Both the position numbers and the translations under genes were made by a program. Below, in pieces: positions 51,326-64,000 of a DNA stretch of 64,000 nucleotides; position 1 is the stretch's first letter; each line of letters opens with the position of its first letter. This DNA comes from Takakia lepidozioides. Taxonomy: Eukaryota > Plantae > Bryophyta. The notes below the pieces were generated by a model. That model searched no databases. It was not told the DNA's origin and saw nothing but the letters and a program-made list of their open reading frames with translations. Where the stretch lies: NCBI GenBank assembly GCA_030704615.1, contig CM060734.1, forward strand, positions 12,090,001 through 12,154,000, given 5' to 3'.

Positions 51326-54300
51326 CTGCACAAACCAAAGCGTACTTGTTCAATTGCATAATCAAATTTAGGTACATAAACAGAACTAAAAAATTGGCCC
51401 TAGATTCCGAAGAGGTTCAATTTTTCAGTGGCAGATGCAATTGAGGGTTCCCTCCAGGAGTTGAATTGAATGCCTCTCAACAGGCTTTATCCATCAGTGA
51501 AGTGCCAAAATTAAATCAACTGGTGTACCGCACAAGTGATACTTAATACCGGTGATTGAAGGGCTGCTTAAAATTTTCCCTTCATAGGAAAAGAGTTTTG
51601 GTGACGAATTTTACAATGCTGGAAGAAATATGAAATTTGATAGCTAATCAGAATCAGAAGCAAATGTGCTTTAGTGATATGTCGATAATAACTCTGAAGC
51701 AAATGTAATGCCCATCATTCAAAGAACAAAGGTTCTTTGAGCTTAGGCTATTACCTCTGTTGGGATGTGGCCGCTTTCTAACAGCCCCTTACAGAGTGAC
51801 TAGGGCATCTTTTCCAAAGGCCCCAAATACCCCTATGCACAAGGCAATCACTTGGAAGTTTGGTAGACCAGATTGCCAAACAACCCACCGAGAACCCATG
51901 ATCATCTGGACATGACCGACCTACAGTATGGCGACAGTGCCCTCACCACTGCTATCTGTTGGTAGCTTGTAGAAGAAAGAATGGAGATAATCATTTGACC
52001 ATTCCACCAACACTTGCCATTGACAGGACCTTGAGGGAATAGTTTCTGCAGGATACAAACTCTCCATTACTCGCTCCTACCCACCAGAGTATATCATACT
52101 TCCAAAACTCCATACTATCCACTCTTCTGAGAGGTTTTGCATGTAACTACTTTAGGGGCTGCCATTAACTTCATACTGCAAAGCAGATGGTACATATAGC
52201 ACTCTACCTCACACACAAATGACATATGGGGCTGTGCATGCACACTCAGTCACGAGACAAAAGAGGGAAAGAGGAATTGAGTCATGACCCACCTTCTCAA
52301 GGAGCAGGACGCGCTGACCTTGGTTTCCCACTGAAACTTCCTGTTTTTGCACAACCTGGAGAACCTGAAGCAAATGCTGCTGCATATACTCCACACAGTG
52401 CTGCTCCACCAAACCCTGCCACCAAACAACACAACAAAGCCTGCCTTAGCCAAAGCCTATCCTTTCTGGATATTTCTACTCCTCCCACAGGTCCTCCTCC
52501 TGAACGATATATTTGTTCTTGTTTTTCTCTCTGCCCCATACAGACGATTTTGCAGGCCTTAGACCACCAGAAAGTCTACAGGGGACGAGATAGACAGTCT
52601 CAACAAGATGTACTTTAATACATGGGCCACAGACTACTACACATTTGTAAATAGCAAAAGGGAGTTGCTGATTAGACGTTGCTTTCCATAGGCCGGACAA
52701 TATACCTCTCACCCTTTCTGGACAGACCAGGAAACGGGGGTGGAAGGGATGGGAGGGGAGCAGACTAGGGGCCACAACTGTCGTGGAGGGGTCTCTGGTT
52801 GCGAGTCTTTCTTGACCAGTTGTTCTGGACAAAATTGTAATGAGAGATGCACTGAGCTGTATCGCTTTACAGCTGTCCCCATGCTTGGAATGGCCCTCCC
52901 ACTCAAGGGACCCATCCCTAAGGCTGGTCTTACTTCTCCAGCATGTTTCAACAACCTTTGAATGTAAGCTCGCAGCTGCAATCCTGGGAGATTTCAATGC
53001 CCGTGTAGGTGTAAGACTGGAAGATTAGGGATCTCTTTTTGTACCCCATAACCACTGGTCATAAAGGTCACCATGCCCCTTGTGGTTGAAAACTACAGCA
53101 GCACTTTGTGCACGTTGGCTCTGGTGGCCATGGAACTGGATGATTGGGCTGAATCCTCTCACATGCGCAAGCAGGTTTCCGTTGCAACAGATCCACTCTT
53201 GACCACATTTTCACTCTTCAGACTATGGTAGAACGGCAAGCTATGACAAAAAATTGGTGTATGTTTGCTTCGTAGACTTTTGAAAGGCTTTTGATTCAGA
53301 TCCTCAAGACCTTCTTTCCAACGGCTCCATAGGGTGGGAGTCCCTCCGGACATCCTATATGTCCATGTATGAGATTGTCATTGGCATGGTCAACGTCGCA
53401 GGGGAATTCTCAGCAGAGGTGCATAGCAACATTGGGGTCAAACAGGGCTGCCCCCTCTCACCTACCCTTTTCGGAATCTACACTGGAGGGTTACATCTCA
53501 AAAAACCATGGAGTTGGGGTGCCGTTGGATGGGGGACCAACGCAATCAGATCTCCTCTATGCTGATGATGTTGCCCTCTTGGCACAATCTCCTGTCTTCC
53601 TGCAACGCCATCTTCACATCCTGGAAGTGTTCTCCAAAGACTCTGGGTTGCAAGCCAATCTTAGCAAAACTAAGATCATGGTTTCCAATGGCCAGGCGGA
53701 CATCTTCAACCAACAGGAAATTGAGATTGTCAAATCATACCAATACCTGGGTCTGGTTATCCACTCTCCCAAATTCCAGTTTGCATCAACTGCCCTGGAC
53801 AGATTGATGAAGGGCAAGGCTGCCTCCATCCACCTTCAGGCCAAATGCCAACAGATACATCTGCGCCCACCCCCAACCAAAAAGTGGCTATTTGACAGCG
53901 TTGTCACCAAGGCCGCCACTTATGGTTGTGAGTTCTGGGCACCTGGTGTCCCAGTTTCCTGGTGGAAAAAAAATTGGAACCATTGCAGTCATCTTTTCTC
54001 CAAGCAATGCTTGGCGCCAGAGGCACAACTCCATCTCACATCCTATGTGCAGAGTTTGCATGCGTGCCACTTCAAACCGTGGCCCTCAAAACAGCAGGTT
54101 TCAAGCACTCCTCGTATGCTCGAGTGTGCAGTTTTTTTGAGCGCAATGGACTCTCTATTGCTTCGCTATTGCCACAAAATCCAGAAGGGGTGGAAATCAC
54201 ATCCAAACAGGATCGCAGCAGACTCATTCGAAGGGAACTTATGGAACTACATGTCAGCAGAACTTGGAAGCTACCCAATCTCACAACAAAACTCCATTTC

Positions 54301-57300
54301 TATCGAGAGACATATTTGGTTCTCCGTGATGAGAATCTTGCGGCCCACTTACCTTTCGCACCTTTATCTCCTTCCCTCGTGAGGGCATTGGGGCGGTTCA
54401 GGGTAGACTCCCACAATCTACGGATAGATTGTACTCATAAGACGTTGTTTGCCGTAGCCTTGTGGCCATTGACCCCGCGCCCAGTTTGAGCGGGAACAAA
54501 AGGGACAGAACCTACCTCTGTCAGGGGCTGACATTGGTAGTAAGACTTACCTCCATATAAAGAATTAATCCGGGTTTTCCAGATATCCTCTAGAAATCCC
54601 TTCACACAAGCATCAATCTGCTGTGTGTGATTTGCCCAAAAACTAGGCCTCAGGAGGGCCTGGGCTTTTGGCTCAGCCTCGAGACTTTCAAAGTTGGTAA
54701 ACAGGGGTACAGGCACAATTCCCTTAATAGATTTGAAGAGAGCGTCTCTTTGGTGAGAGAACCCCGGACAGTGTATCAGAAAATGAATACTGTCTTCAGA
54801 TTGCCCACACAACGGGCAATTGCACTCTCCCTTTCCTCTCTGCTTCTGTTTGCTGTTCAAAGGTAGGCTTCCTGCCCTGAGTTTAAATTTCAGTCTAGTG
54901 CCCAGAGTGGGTAGACCCTTGAGGTCATCCAAGATGTCCTCCCCCATGTCACAGACTGGAAACAAGTTCAGGGAAGTTTTCTGCCTAACTTCATTTTCAT
55001 CAGACAATCTCATGGCAACAGACATGGCTGAGGACACTACAGCCTCTAAGTCAGATTTATCCAGCAGGGTCAAGACTTGCGGATCCAGGTCCAGGTCCTT
55101 GAGGATCTCTTCTACTCTCTTCTGCCAGGACTTAGCCTGTTTGACAGGGCGGTCCTGTTTCCAAGATATAGAGTCGATTAACTTAGGATATCTGGTGTTG
55201 GGCATATGTTGCAGCTGACCCCACCATCTGACCTTGAATTCATCTCGTCGGGAGCTTAAGGACGGAATGCCAAACTCACCCCGAACAGCCACATTGGCTG
55301 TTTTGGAGCATGCTGACATACCTTAAGCACCCCCACTTGAATGGATTCTAGAGACTTAGCCTGGTTGGAGTTATCAACCCATATAGCAGATCCGTACTCC
55401 AAGGCAGGTCTTTGCCCTTGCCAGTTTGAACAACTTTCCGGATATGTGCATCGCAATTACAATTGGAGGAGAACACAACGCCCAGGTAAGTGTAGGAAGG
55501 GAGGACCGGGATCTCTTGGCTACCCCACTGCCACTTAAGATCACTTCCTCCCTCTCCTCTGTCGTTGAATGCTACCACTGCACATTTGCTGACATTAGCC
55601 TCTAGCCCCCAAAGATCAAAGTATCTCTTCGCGCAATCAATCAACTCCTGGAGATTGGTTGGAGTCTCCCCTATGCCTGCGAAGTCATCCGCAAACATAA
55701 GGGCTGGTATGGTGGTATCAACCACCCTTAACCCAAATCCCTCACTTTCCACATCCTCGAGGAGTTGATTGATGAAAACATTGAAGAGCAGAGGGGAGAG
55801 AGTACATCCTTGAGCTACACCTTGGTCTATGTCAAAGAAGTTGGACTTCTGTCCGTTAACAGTGACACAGCTTTTGGTGTGAGCATACAAGTTGTGGACA
55901 ACTCTCCACATCTTTCCCTTGATCCCACAAGACCAGAGGCGGAACCATAGGCCATCTCTCCACACTGTGTCATAAGCCTTTTTGACATCCAGGAAAAAGA
56001 TATAAGTGGGTTTCCCTTCTTTTTTCCTTCCCTGGATAATCTGGCTTAGAGTGAAGATATGATCCACACAGCCCCTGTTTCGCCGAAAGCCAGCTTGGCC
56101 TTCGTGGAAACAACCTCTAGACTCCAGATCAACCTCGAGACGAGTACTTATAACCTACGGATAGAGACTGGTAGATGGGAAAACCTGCAACGGGAGGACC
56201 GCCTATGCCCAGCTTGCACCGGGCGCAACCAGGAGATTGAAACTGAAAAACAATTCTTCTTTTATTGCCCTCTATATTATGAGATCCTTGGGGTTCCACT
56301 GTCTATTCCGTGGAACTCAATCTCTCACTGAAGTCTTCCACTAGGCCTTGACCCTTAGACAATCCCTTGAGCAGTAGTTGCTTTTGGGCTGTTTTTTGGC
56401 TCTGGTTTTGTTTCCTCTCTCTTGTTTTTTCCATTTTGTCCCGGAAGCTCTTTGAGCTTTCCGCGGACGTTATAAAGAACCACTTCATTTCATTTCATTT
56501 CTCCTTTCTTACAGTCCGCTAGAGTCTTTCTATGAGGTACCATTGATGCTGAGCAACCAAAGCAAACAAACAAAAAACCTACACACCTGTGGCAAGGTTT
56601 GCAGGCACCCGACTTGCTGGAATGGGCAATTCACCAACTTCATTGGGCACACAGTAACACAGTGCTTGTCCATCTCACCCCTTTGCACCATAGCCTCACA
56701 CTTTTGTTCACATCTAAGAAGTTTGAAGAGGCAGGACGCATCATGTTCATCTGCATGCAGTGCTGAAAAGACATCCCCACAGCCCTGATTGTTGCAAGTT
56801 ACTGGTCTCAACACGCAACTTATTTTGTGATCCGCTAGTTCTTCAGTGTTCTCAAATTTCATCTCACAGTGGTAGGCATTGCTGCGATCTACACGTTTCA
56901 TTAACGCCTTGGCCAGCACCTAGCAAGCACGCCAACAAAATATAAGTGTTGCATAGAAAATTCCAACTACATTATCCTGTATGCCATACCAACACATTCA
57001 CTTGTGCCAAGAACTCCAGAGTGATAACTGAAAGACTCGGAGTCACCAGTACTTTGATTTCAGCATTTGCCCGAATAAATGGTTAAAACTTCAAGGCCAA
57101 GGCTGAACATCCTGTGATTGCCACTTTTGGAGATAATCAATGACCACATTGTTCAAAAGTATAAGGGCACGTCACTGACAAGGGAACAATCCTCTGACTT
57201 TTATAAAATTTCTACAGGTGAGGATAGTTGCATCCAACACCCACACCAAAGATAGTCCTTCAACTCCAAGCACATTGACAATCCAGCGGATCATCATGAG

Positions 57301-59608
57301 TAACTTCTTCAATGCTTGAAATATACATTGCCCCTAGAGGAGGTGCTTCGCAGCATGCTTGAAACATTTTGGCACTGTAACTCAAACAAATTGGGTCAAA
57401 AATGGTATAACCATCTGATTATTTTCGGCGAATCAGTTTTATTTCTTCTACTTCTGATACAGCATCTAACTAAGCATTGACACTTTCATGTTCAGACAAG
57501 TTACCTCTCGCCGCCCAACCATCCACACACCTGTGCGGTCTAGCTCCTGAACAAGCTCATCGATTTTGTCCTCCCTTTTCTCACTGTACATTAGTTTACT
57601 TGAAACCCTGGTGAACAGATTCTTCTTTGAGCGGATGAAAACCTCAAACATCTCATCGACCACATTCATTGGAATCATAGCCTGTTCAAGGGCGTGTGCC
57701 TTCAGTATAAAGTCTACATCTTAATTCATCGAATGCAAATAGAGATTCTACAAACAAAGCAGAGAGCCTCTCGAAGGTCAAGAGAGATAGCCGCCCCCCC
57801 CCCCACACACACACACACAAGTAGGCAGTGAGATCAAACATTATGTCCAGACTAATAGCTTTTATATGCTGTTTCAAAGCCCAGTATAAATGCATGGGGC
57901 CCATGAAAAACAAAAGAAAGAACAAAGTAGAGCTGATCTCTACTTCTCTGGGGAACTTTTGCACTAGTAACAAAGACACCTCTCTGTTGTTCCTTGACGT
58001 TTAAACAGTGGTTGGTCAGTACTGAATGGTCATCTTGTAGAGTCTTGGAAATATACCTGTCCCATTGCCTGATAACTCACAACACCACTGCCGCTCGCAT
58101 ATGCCTCAGTCTGGTGGTGCAGGAACTCCAGCATCTCCTTCTTGACATCTGGCACCATGGCAACTGGCTGGCTAAAGGGGGCTCCAGCTGTCTTCTCCAC
58201 ACAGGCTGCGCCGAGTGTGACCAGCAGAGCATGTGCAATGCGCTGCACTTGCTCCACATCATAGTACCCACACTCCTGTAGCACAGGTGGGGTGCCCACT
58301 TGCTTTTCCTCTCCTACACAAGCCCCCAATGTAGCTTTACTCTCACATAGGTGGCAAGTTCTCTGGAAACCAGACTTCCATCACAGTTTGACAGATCAAA
58401 AAGCTGGCAAGAGAGGCTACATGCAAAGGCCCACTACGAGTATCCTAACTGTGCTATACACTGTGCTGACAAGAACATTTTTCTTGTTTATCCTCCCTTG
58501 CTTATTTTTCTCAGGTAGGTTTAGACCATCAGTAATGGGCAAGATGAAAGATGCTGATCCAACAAGGAAGATATCTGACGTTGAAGTAGCCATAATGTTT
58601 GAGGGTGTCCACTTGGTTGGGGGCCCTTTTTCTGAGAGCAGGGGGAATCAGCCAGTTTCCATGTTTTGTAAGGGTTTACACGAGCATGGTACTCCTTAGT
58701 TGACCATACATCAGGCACCGGCGATGATGCTCTCACTGGATCAGCATGCAAAGCCTCCTATTGGTGCAGCAACAGAGATGGATATTGCTCAAGATCTGTC
58801 TACAAAGCAAGCATGGCCAGACCTATAGAAGCTTTGGTTAATTGATAATGACTACACAGGGGCTCAGAAGGCAGGTCAAGATCCAAACAGCCAGTCAGAA
58901 TCTGCCAAGGATGCAAAGTACCACAAAGTGGATTGCTGTTCTGCAAATAACATTCATATTCATGAAAGAGTTCATGAGGATGTTGAAAGCCCAGAATCTA
59001 CAAAGCCTGATTGTGAAAGTTGTGGTTGATGGGCCCTCAACCATGCTTTTGCAGCAGATGATTGGCATCACAAACCCCATTTCATCATATTTCAAATCTC
59101 CATGTTTGAAGGATTCACTTGTTAGAGAATATGGAGAGTTCTGGGAAGTGAACATTGGGTACTAATAAGTCCTAACCAGGATAGAACTTATGACCAGGAA
59201 TTGCAACGAAATATTGAGTGACATAGTCCGTCACAAGCCATGACTATACAAAACAACTTAGGTCAGGCAATGGCTTTACAACCCCATAGCAAACACCAGA
59301 ATGACTGAAATCTGCAGAATTACAGACAAAGGCTATAGCAGCATACGTGACCTTGATTAACATACAACCACGTCATCTGAGAACCTTCGCCTCACTTGTG
59401 AGGGCATCGCAAAGAAGCCCCAATGACCCGAGGAGCCCCTGGAATTGGAATTGCAGGCAATTACCATTCAGAGGATTGCATAGGATTCCATAGAATCGAG
59501 ACACAAACAAGGCGTCAAAAGCAAATCAAACGCACCTCCTACATCTCTCCCGAGATAGACAAGGTGGCCCGACCCGCCTCCTCCTCGCAGCGATCCAAAT
59601 GACAGCAT
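51116..59608 (-). CDS. TRAF-type zinc-finger protein (plant TRAF-like superfamily), 6 coding exons, ~390 aa
   Basis: Exons 59608-59536, 58313-58057, 57681-57505, 56919-56587, 52415-52293 and 51325-51116 join in frame with GT..AG introns (1173 nt). Contains HCEMKF...C..RPVTCNNQGC...HDASC...CEQKC...HCVTVCPMKLVNCPF...GC and a C-terminal coiled coil. Confidence 0.9.
52293..52415 (-). CDS. TRAF-type zinc-finger gene, exon 5
   Basis: GLVEQHCVEYMQQHLLQVL completes the last finger; AG/GT boundaries. Confidence 0.88.
52700..56500 (+). mobile_element. Degraded non-LTR retrotransposon (APE + RT + C-terminal Zn knuckle) in TRAF intron 4, split by a nested LINE
   Basis: ILGDFNARVG, CFVDF..AFDS, GVKQGCPLSPTLFG, YADD, then SHNLRI|ETGRW...RLCPAC...ETEKQFFFYCPLY; (CATTT)n tail at ~56486-56500. 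Confidence 0.9.
54429..56154 (-). mobile_element. 5'-truncated non-LTR retrotransposon (RT + CCHC) nested in antisense orientation
   Basis: QAGFR, FLDVKKAYDTVW, GVAQGCTLSPLLF, FADD, CPLC...HFLIHC; one frameshift near 55400; flanked by direct repeat CTACGGATAGA (54418-54428, 56155-56165). Confidence 0.93.
56587..56919 (-). CDS. TRAF-type zinc-finger gene, exon 4 (zinc fingers)
   Basis: Cys/His repeats of TRAF-type zinc fingers; AG/GT boundaries. Confidence 0.95.
57505..57681 (-). CDS. TRAF-type zinc-finger gene, exon 3
   Basis: SKKNLFTRVS...SEKREDKIDELVQE; AG/GT boundaries. Confidence 0.92.
58057..58313 (-). CDS. TRAF-type zinc-finger gene, exon 2
   Basis: CGYYDVEQVQRIAHALLVTLGAACVEKTAG...DVKKEMLEFL; AG/GT boundaries. 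Confidence 0.9.
59536..59608 (-). CDS. TRAF-type zinc-finger gene, putative exon 1
   Basis: MLSFGSLRGGGGSGHLVYLGRDVG; the phase-1 donor GTGCGT matches the phase of the exon 2 acceptor. Confidence 0.55.
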
Positions 59609-60320
59609 CAATTCAATTCAGACCTGTCCTTGATAACTCTCATACCCTCAAACCCTGCCTCGCCGCTGATGTGGCTCTACCCTTGCCCCCGACCACAGAA
59701 AATGACAGATTGGGCGTGTATAGTGCCTTGTTGTGGTATTCCAGCTGCAACAAGAGCAGGTCTCTTCCAAATAACACCTTGGCCAATCACGTCTTCAGTT
59801 CACAGCACTGATTTGGACTCAAACAGGAGGAGATGGAGAGATGGAGAGAGACCTACCTACGCTATGTTTGTAATCAAGTTCAAGTTACAAGGACCGCTCG
59901 ATGATCTATCAAATTGAAGTTCAATCCTCTGCATCCGTCTGGAATGAGATCTGGACAAAAACACACGCTTACTGAACTGTTCTCAAGAAGAGCTCTCCCC
60001 TGCCAGGTCCTCCTTATCAAAGACCTCTCTCCTTGAAGAGATCAAGACAATTGAGTACAGATGCGCACTAACAGCTCTGCCTCAGAAATCCTGTGACTTA
60101 TGCCTCTATGCTTCGTAGGAATTGATTTGGTTTTCGGAATTTCTTAAATGATTTTGAGAGAACATCGACTAATTCTTCGTAGACTTTGTCTACAGGGAAA
60201 TCACAACCACTTAATACAATGAAACAAATCCACCCAGATGACAAGAGATAATAAAAGATGTAAATTGGACTTACTAAGGGGGCTTATTTCATCATTTGCT
60301 CTGCTGCTATTAATTTATTA

Positions 60321-60585
60321 TGTCATGGTTTGCGCTTTTTTTTTTGGGCCCTCCACGGCCCACTACTTACTAACTTAGTAAGTAGTAAATTAGTAAGGAA
60401 TAAGAGGTAGAGACTCTTGGGGCCCTCCGTCTCCAGAGCCCACTACTTACTAACTTAGTAAGTAATAAATTAGTAAGGAGTAAGAGATAGGGTCTCTCCT
60501 TTATATACCCTCAAAGGGCGCTGGGACCTTCTAGAAGGCCGCCGACCCCTCAAGCGGTGGGACCTTCTAGAAGGCTGTCCTGACA
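60321..60585 (-). mobile_element. Possible solo LTR with an internal ~80-bp duplication
   Basis: TGTCA...TGACA ends, minus-strand TATATAAAGG, two CCTTCTAGAAGG motifs; no matching TSD seen. Confidence 0.45.
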
Positions 60586-61439
60586 CGTCACTCTTAGAAA
60601 CCACCACGCCAATTTAACCATGAACCGTCCCCTTTAGTAGGTCTCACCTTATGAAGCGGGAGTTACAGTAAGCTACAACAGGAGTTGAATTAATAACTGT
60701 CATGTAAAGGGTGGGGAAAAAAAAGTAATTCCTGAACCACCCTCTAATCTTTACACCAACTTCAAACCTGGGCCCTTATCCTTATTCAGTTTCTGAGATT
60801 GGAGAACGGCGGTTGATGAAAGACATAGAGCGCAACGAAAACACTAGACAAAGGGCACGGAGGGATGAGACGGCCAGCCATCTCGTACATGTAGCTCGAA
60901 ATTGTTTCCTCACGGGAATTTGTGTTGGAAAAGGGTTAGGTAAGTGACAACAGTTAGAAACATCTGACATGTACGAACTAAATGTTTTTTCCTTTTTTGG
61001 AGGATGAGTTGAAACCTTGGTCATGTGGGAGGGGGCCCAACCTCTGCACAGATGTGTGGCTAGTAGGTTGGAGCTCGGTACTACTCTGTAATCAGCAAGA
61101 AGGGGAAATTGTGAGGCTCTGGCGTCAAAATGGCATTAGACGGGTGTACAAGCTGTGGTAGGGCATGGGCGGCACACCCAATCTACCCAGCACTGTTTCC
61201 TATGATGTGCAGAGACCAAGTCTGCTCCTTGACGCAGTACTACTGCGCCACCTCCACGTCCCTTGCCCCCATCTGTATTTGTTACATGTCTTATTATCTG
61301 TTTATCTTGTGAGCTACTGACAAACACAAATATAAGAGGCACTTCCGCTGGCGGGCAACAAGAGAAACAGTGACATGAACAAGACCAAACCATGACATCA
61401 ACCTTGAGAGCTGCTCCTTGTTGCACTGTTGGAACACAC

Positions 61440-62400
61440 TAGACATAGAATGCGAGTTGAACGCGCGCGTGCCAGCCTGCCGGTACAGTCGCCGGGGCTT
61501 GCCGGAGTCGGGACGCCCTCGGCGAGGCCTGCAGTCAAATCCACACCCCCGTGCCGTGCCGTTATTGCCTGTATTATAGTACAAAATATAAAAATTCTTG
61601 CTTGGTTGCAGGAAAGCGGTGGGTAGCTTGGTGGCTGGATGCATTAACAATTATTGCAACAGTGCCGGGATCAAACCACGGCCATGGCGCGATAGAAATT
61701 GCATGTTTATGGATTTGACTAAGATACTATCAGGTTTTTGCATCTCCAAAAAATTTCTAAGCGGATCTCCGCTCCCCTGTTCCCAATCGCTGCTCCCCTG
61801 TTCCCACATGCATACCGCTCCCCTGTGTTACCGCTCCCCTGTTACTACTCCCGGCTCCCTTGTGCTATTGCTCCCCTGTTTTTAGCCTCTAGCACAGCAT
61901 ACCATCCCTTCATATCTCACTCCCAATCTCTGTTGTGCCACTATTCGCTCCCTCCTTCTCCCTCGTTAGCAGGTTGGCTAGGGTCTCGGAGAAGTTCCCC
62001 CTCACTAAGCCTTCACGGCCTACTCGGTGGTTATTTTTTCCACCTATGTGATACAATTTTTAATTAATTTGATTAAAAGGGTCTCCGTCCCCTTTCTTTA
62101 AGAAATAAAATAAAAAATCATGTATCTAATGTGAGGGTTTACACTAGACATGATGGGAGTTTAATGCGCGCATGCGAGGCTTGCTGGTACAATCCTCGGA
62201 GCTAACCGGAGGGCCCGCAGTCAAATCCCCACCCCCGCTTCCCTCGTGTATGCTTCACGCCCATCCGAGGGTCCCACGCTCCATGTTCCCAGCCCTTGCT
62301 CCTTTGTTCCCACTGCGGCGCTCCACTGTTACCGCTCCGCCGCTCCCCTGCTCCCCGCTCCTCCACTCCCATGTTATTGCTCCCCGCTCCTCTGCTCCAT
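61440..62400. repeat. Two diverged direct copies of a GC-rich unit, each followed by a GCTCCCCTG minisatellite
   Basis: TAGACAT...GCGCGC.TGC.AG.CT.GC.GGTACA...GCAGTCAAATCC at ~61440 and ~62145. Confidence 0.7.
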
Positions 62401-62409
62401 TGTAGAATT

Positions 62410-63690
62410 GATCAAAAGATGTAAGATACTAAGTGGTCCTGAAAACGCTAAAGGAGGACAGGAACTAAGCTGCATTAGAATCACAGTCCAATGGTCATCT
62501 GGAGATAAACAAAGCAGCTTGGAGGCGGTGAGGCTTGAAGGTAAGGAGCTGGACAGGAGCTGCGGTGACATTATCAAGAAGAGGTGCAGTAATCAGAACT
62601 TGAGCTGAGTTCTAAATTTGGGGTCTCGACTTTTCTTGTGTCGCCAGTTGAAATCTGCTTCCTCCCCATCACCAGGGGACTTCCCATTGAGGGGGATGGA
62701 TTGTTGCCAGGTAAAGCGCATGTTGGGAAGACTGGAGCCGAGCAAGTTGCCTTTGCCAGGACTGATGGAAATCTTGAAGCAACTTCCTTCCTCGTTGCTA
62801 CTTATAAAGGATCTGACTCTTTTTTCTTTGTCCAACTGTGACAAAATTTCAGGCGCTTTGCTTGATTTGCTGCTCACAGGGAATTTACCAAAACTCCAAG
62901 GAAAACTGATTGCTCGGGATTTTGTTTCAACCGGACTCTCATCTATATCTGAATTCCAGCCAAGGAAGTTCTGGGAAGAGCTGCACATACAGTGTCCCAC
63001 ATTTTCCGCCTCTCAGTTAACATATCATGATAAGTATGAAACAAGACTGATCTGCCCCTAGGGGGTTTTCCCTCATAAACCCAATTACACCTGGTTCTCC
63101 ATAAATTCCACAAAGTGTGGGCTCTAAGAGTGGCCCACATTGGGCAAACACTCATTGGCAGACCAGGCAAAAAGTTCAAAAGCAGGAGAGATGGAGAGGG
63201 AGGAGATGGGAAGGAAGCCCAGTGAGAATAGAATGTGAGAACCAGCCTCCAGATCATGCTAGATAGATTGTAGAACAGCAAGCAGTGTTCAATGGATTCT
63301 GTTTCTGCAAGACAGAGAGTGCATGTAGGGTTATCCTTGTGTGTTTGTTGTCTGACTGGAAGAATTCTATGCGTGAGCTTCCAAAGCTGGAAGCCTGAAA
63401 TCTTTGCGGGTCTCTATTTTCTCCATATATCTTTCCGTATCTTATCCGAGATTCCTTGGGCGAATTGGATGTTGCCCCATTTAGTGGACCATTTGCCTGC
63501 AAAGGAGCAGGGTGGGTTGACAAGGGAGTACCCATTTTTCACAGAGTAGCTGAAAAATGGGCTTTTCTTCTTATCCATCCACTTCCACTCCCCCGGGTCA
63601 AACTGCAGATCTTCCAGAGGGCATGTGAGGAACTAGGTAAGAGTTTCATGACGAGCCCATTGAGCTTCCATCCCTGGGGGGTGCACTCTT
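62410..63690 (-). mobile_element. L1-type LINE 3' remnant (zf-RVT region)
   Basis: LWKLTHRILPV...CTLCLAETESIEHCL and TLWNLWRTRCNWVYEG; multiple frameshifts. Confidence 0.8.
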
Positions 63691-64000
63691 TATAAAATGT
63701 GCGTATCACGTGCGTTCGTCGGCTAATAAAAAAAACCCCTGTATATGGGTCCTGGTATAATTTATACCCCCTCTGTACATACTTTTTGAAAATTATAAAA
63801 CCCTCTTCTGTAAATATATAGAAATTTTTAATTTTTAAAAAGTACTTGAAAATTCATATCTCCCACACCGCAAGTCCCAAAATTATGAGACCAAGCCGGT
63901 GCACCCCTCCTCATTGAGGGCTTTCCAATGGTACCAAACACCAGGGCTGGGGCCCCGCGGTTTGGGAGATCTCAACGATGACACAAAACACAACAAACTG

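Overview
This is eukaryotic nuclear DNA from a land plant (GT-AG introns, plant gene families); a moss or other non-seed plant is inferred. The left ~30 kb is transposon and satellite rich. It begins with a degraded, intron-containing minus-strand gene that fuses a ParB/Srx-type domain (DGNHRLLA) to a beta-class N6A/N4C DNA-methyltransferase-like domain. That gene runs off the window, and its largest intron holds seven copies of a ~26-bp palindrome. Next come several hairpin-built tandem arrays, a composite repeat in inverted orientation around captured gene fragments, CACTA and SWIM remnants, TTAA-type and hAT MITEs, and a degraded locus (20.0-21.8 kb) with three consecutive ~100-130-bp inverted repeats. 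The right half holds two apparently intact genes: a SIAMESE-related CDK inhibitor (43770-44201, +) and a six-exon TRAF-type zinc-finger gene (59608-51116, -) whose fourth intron carries two nested LINEs. It also holds a Harbinger-type MITE, L1 remnants and a possible solo LTR. All alignments and counts were made by eye, so repeat boundaries are approximate.
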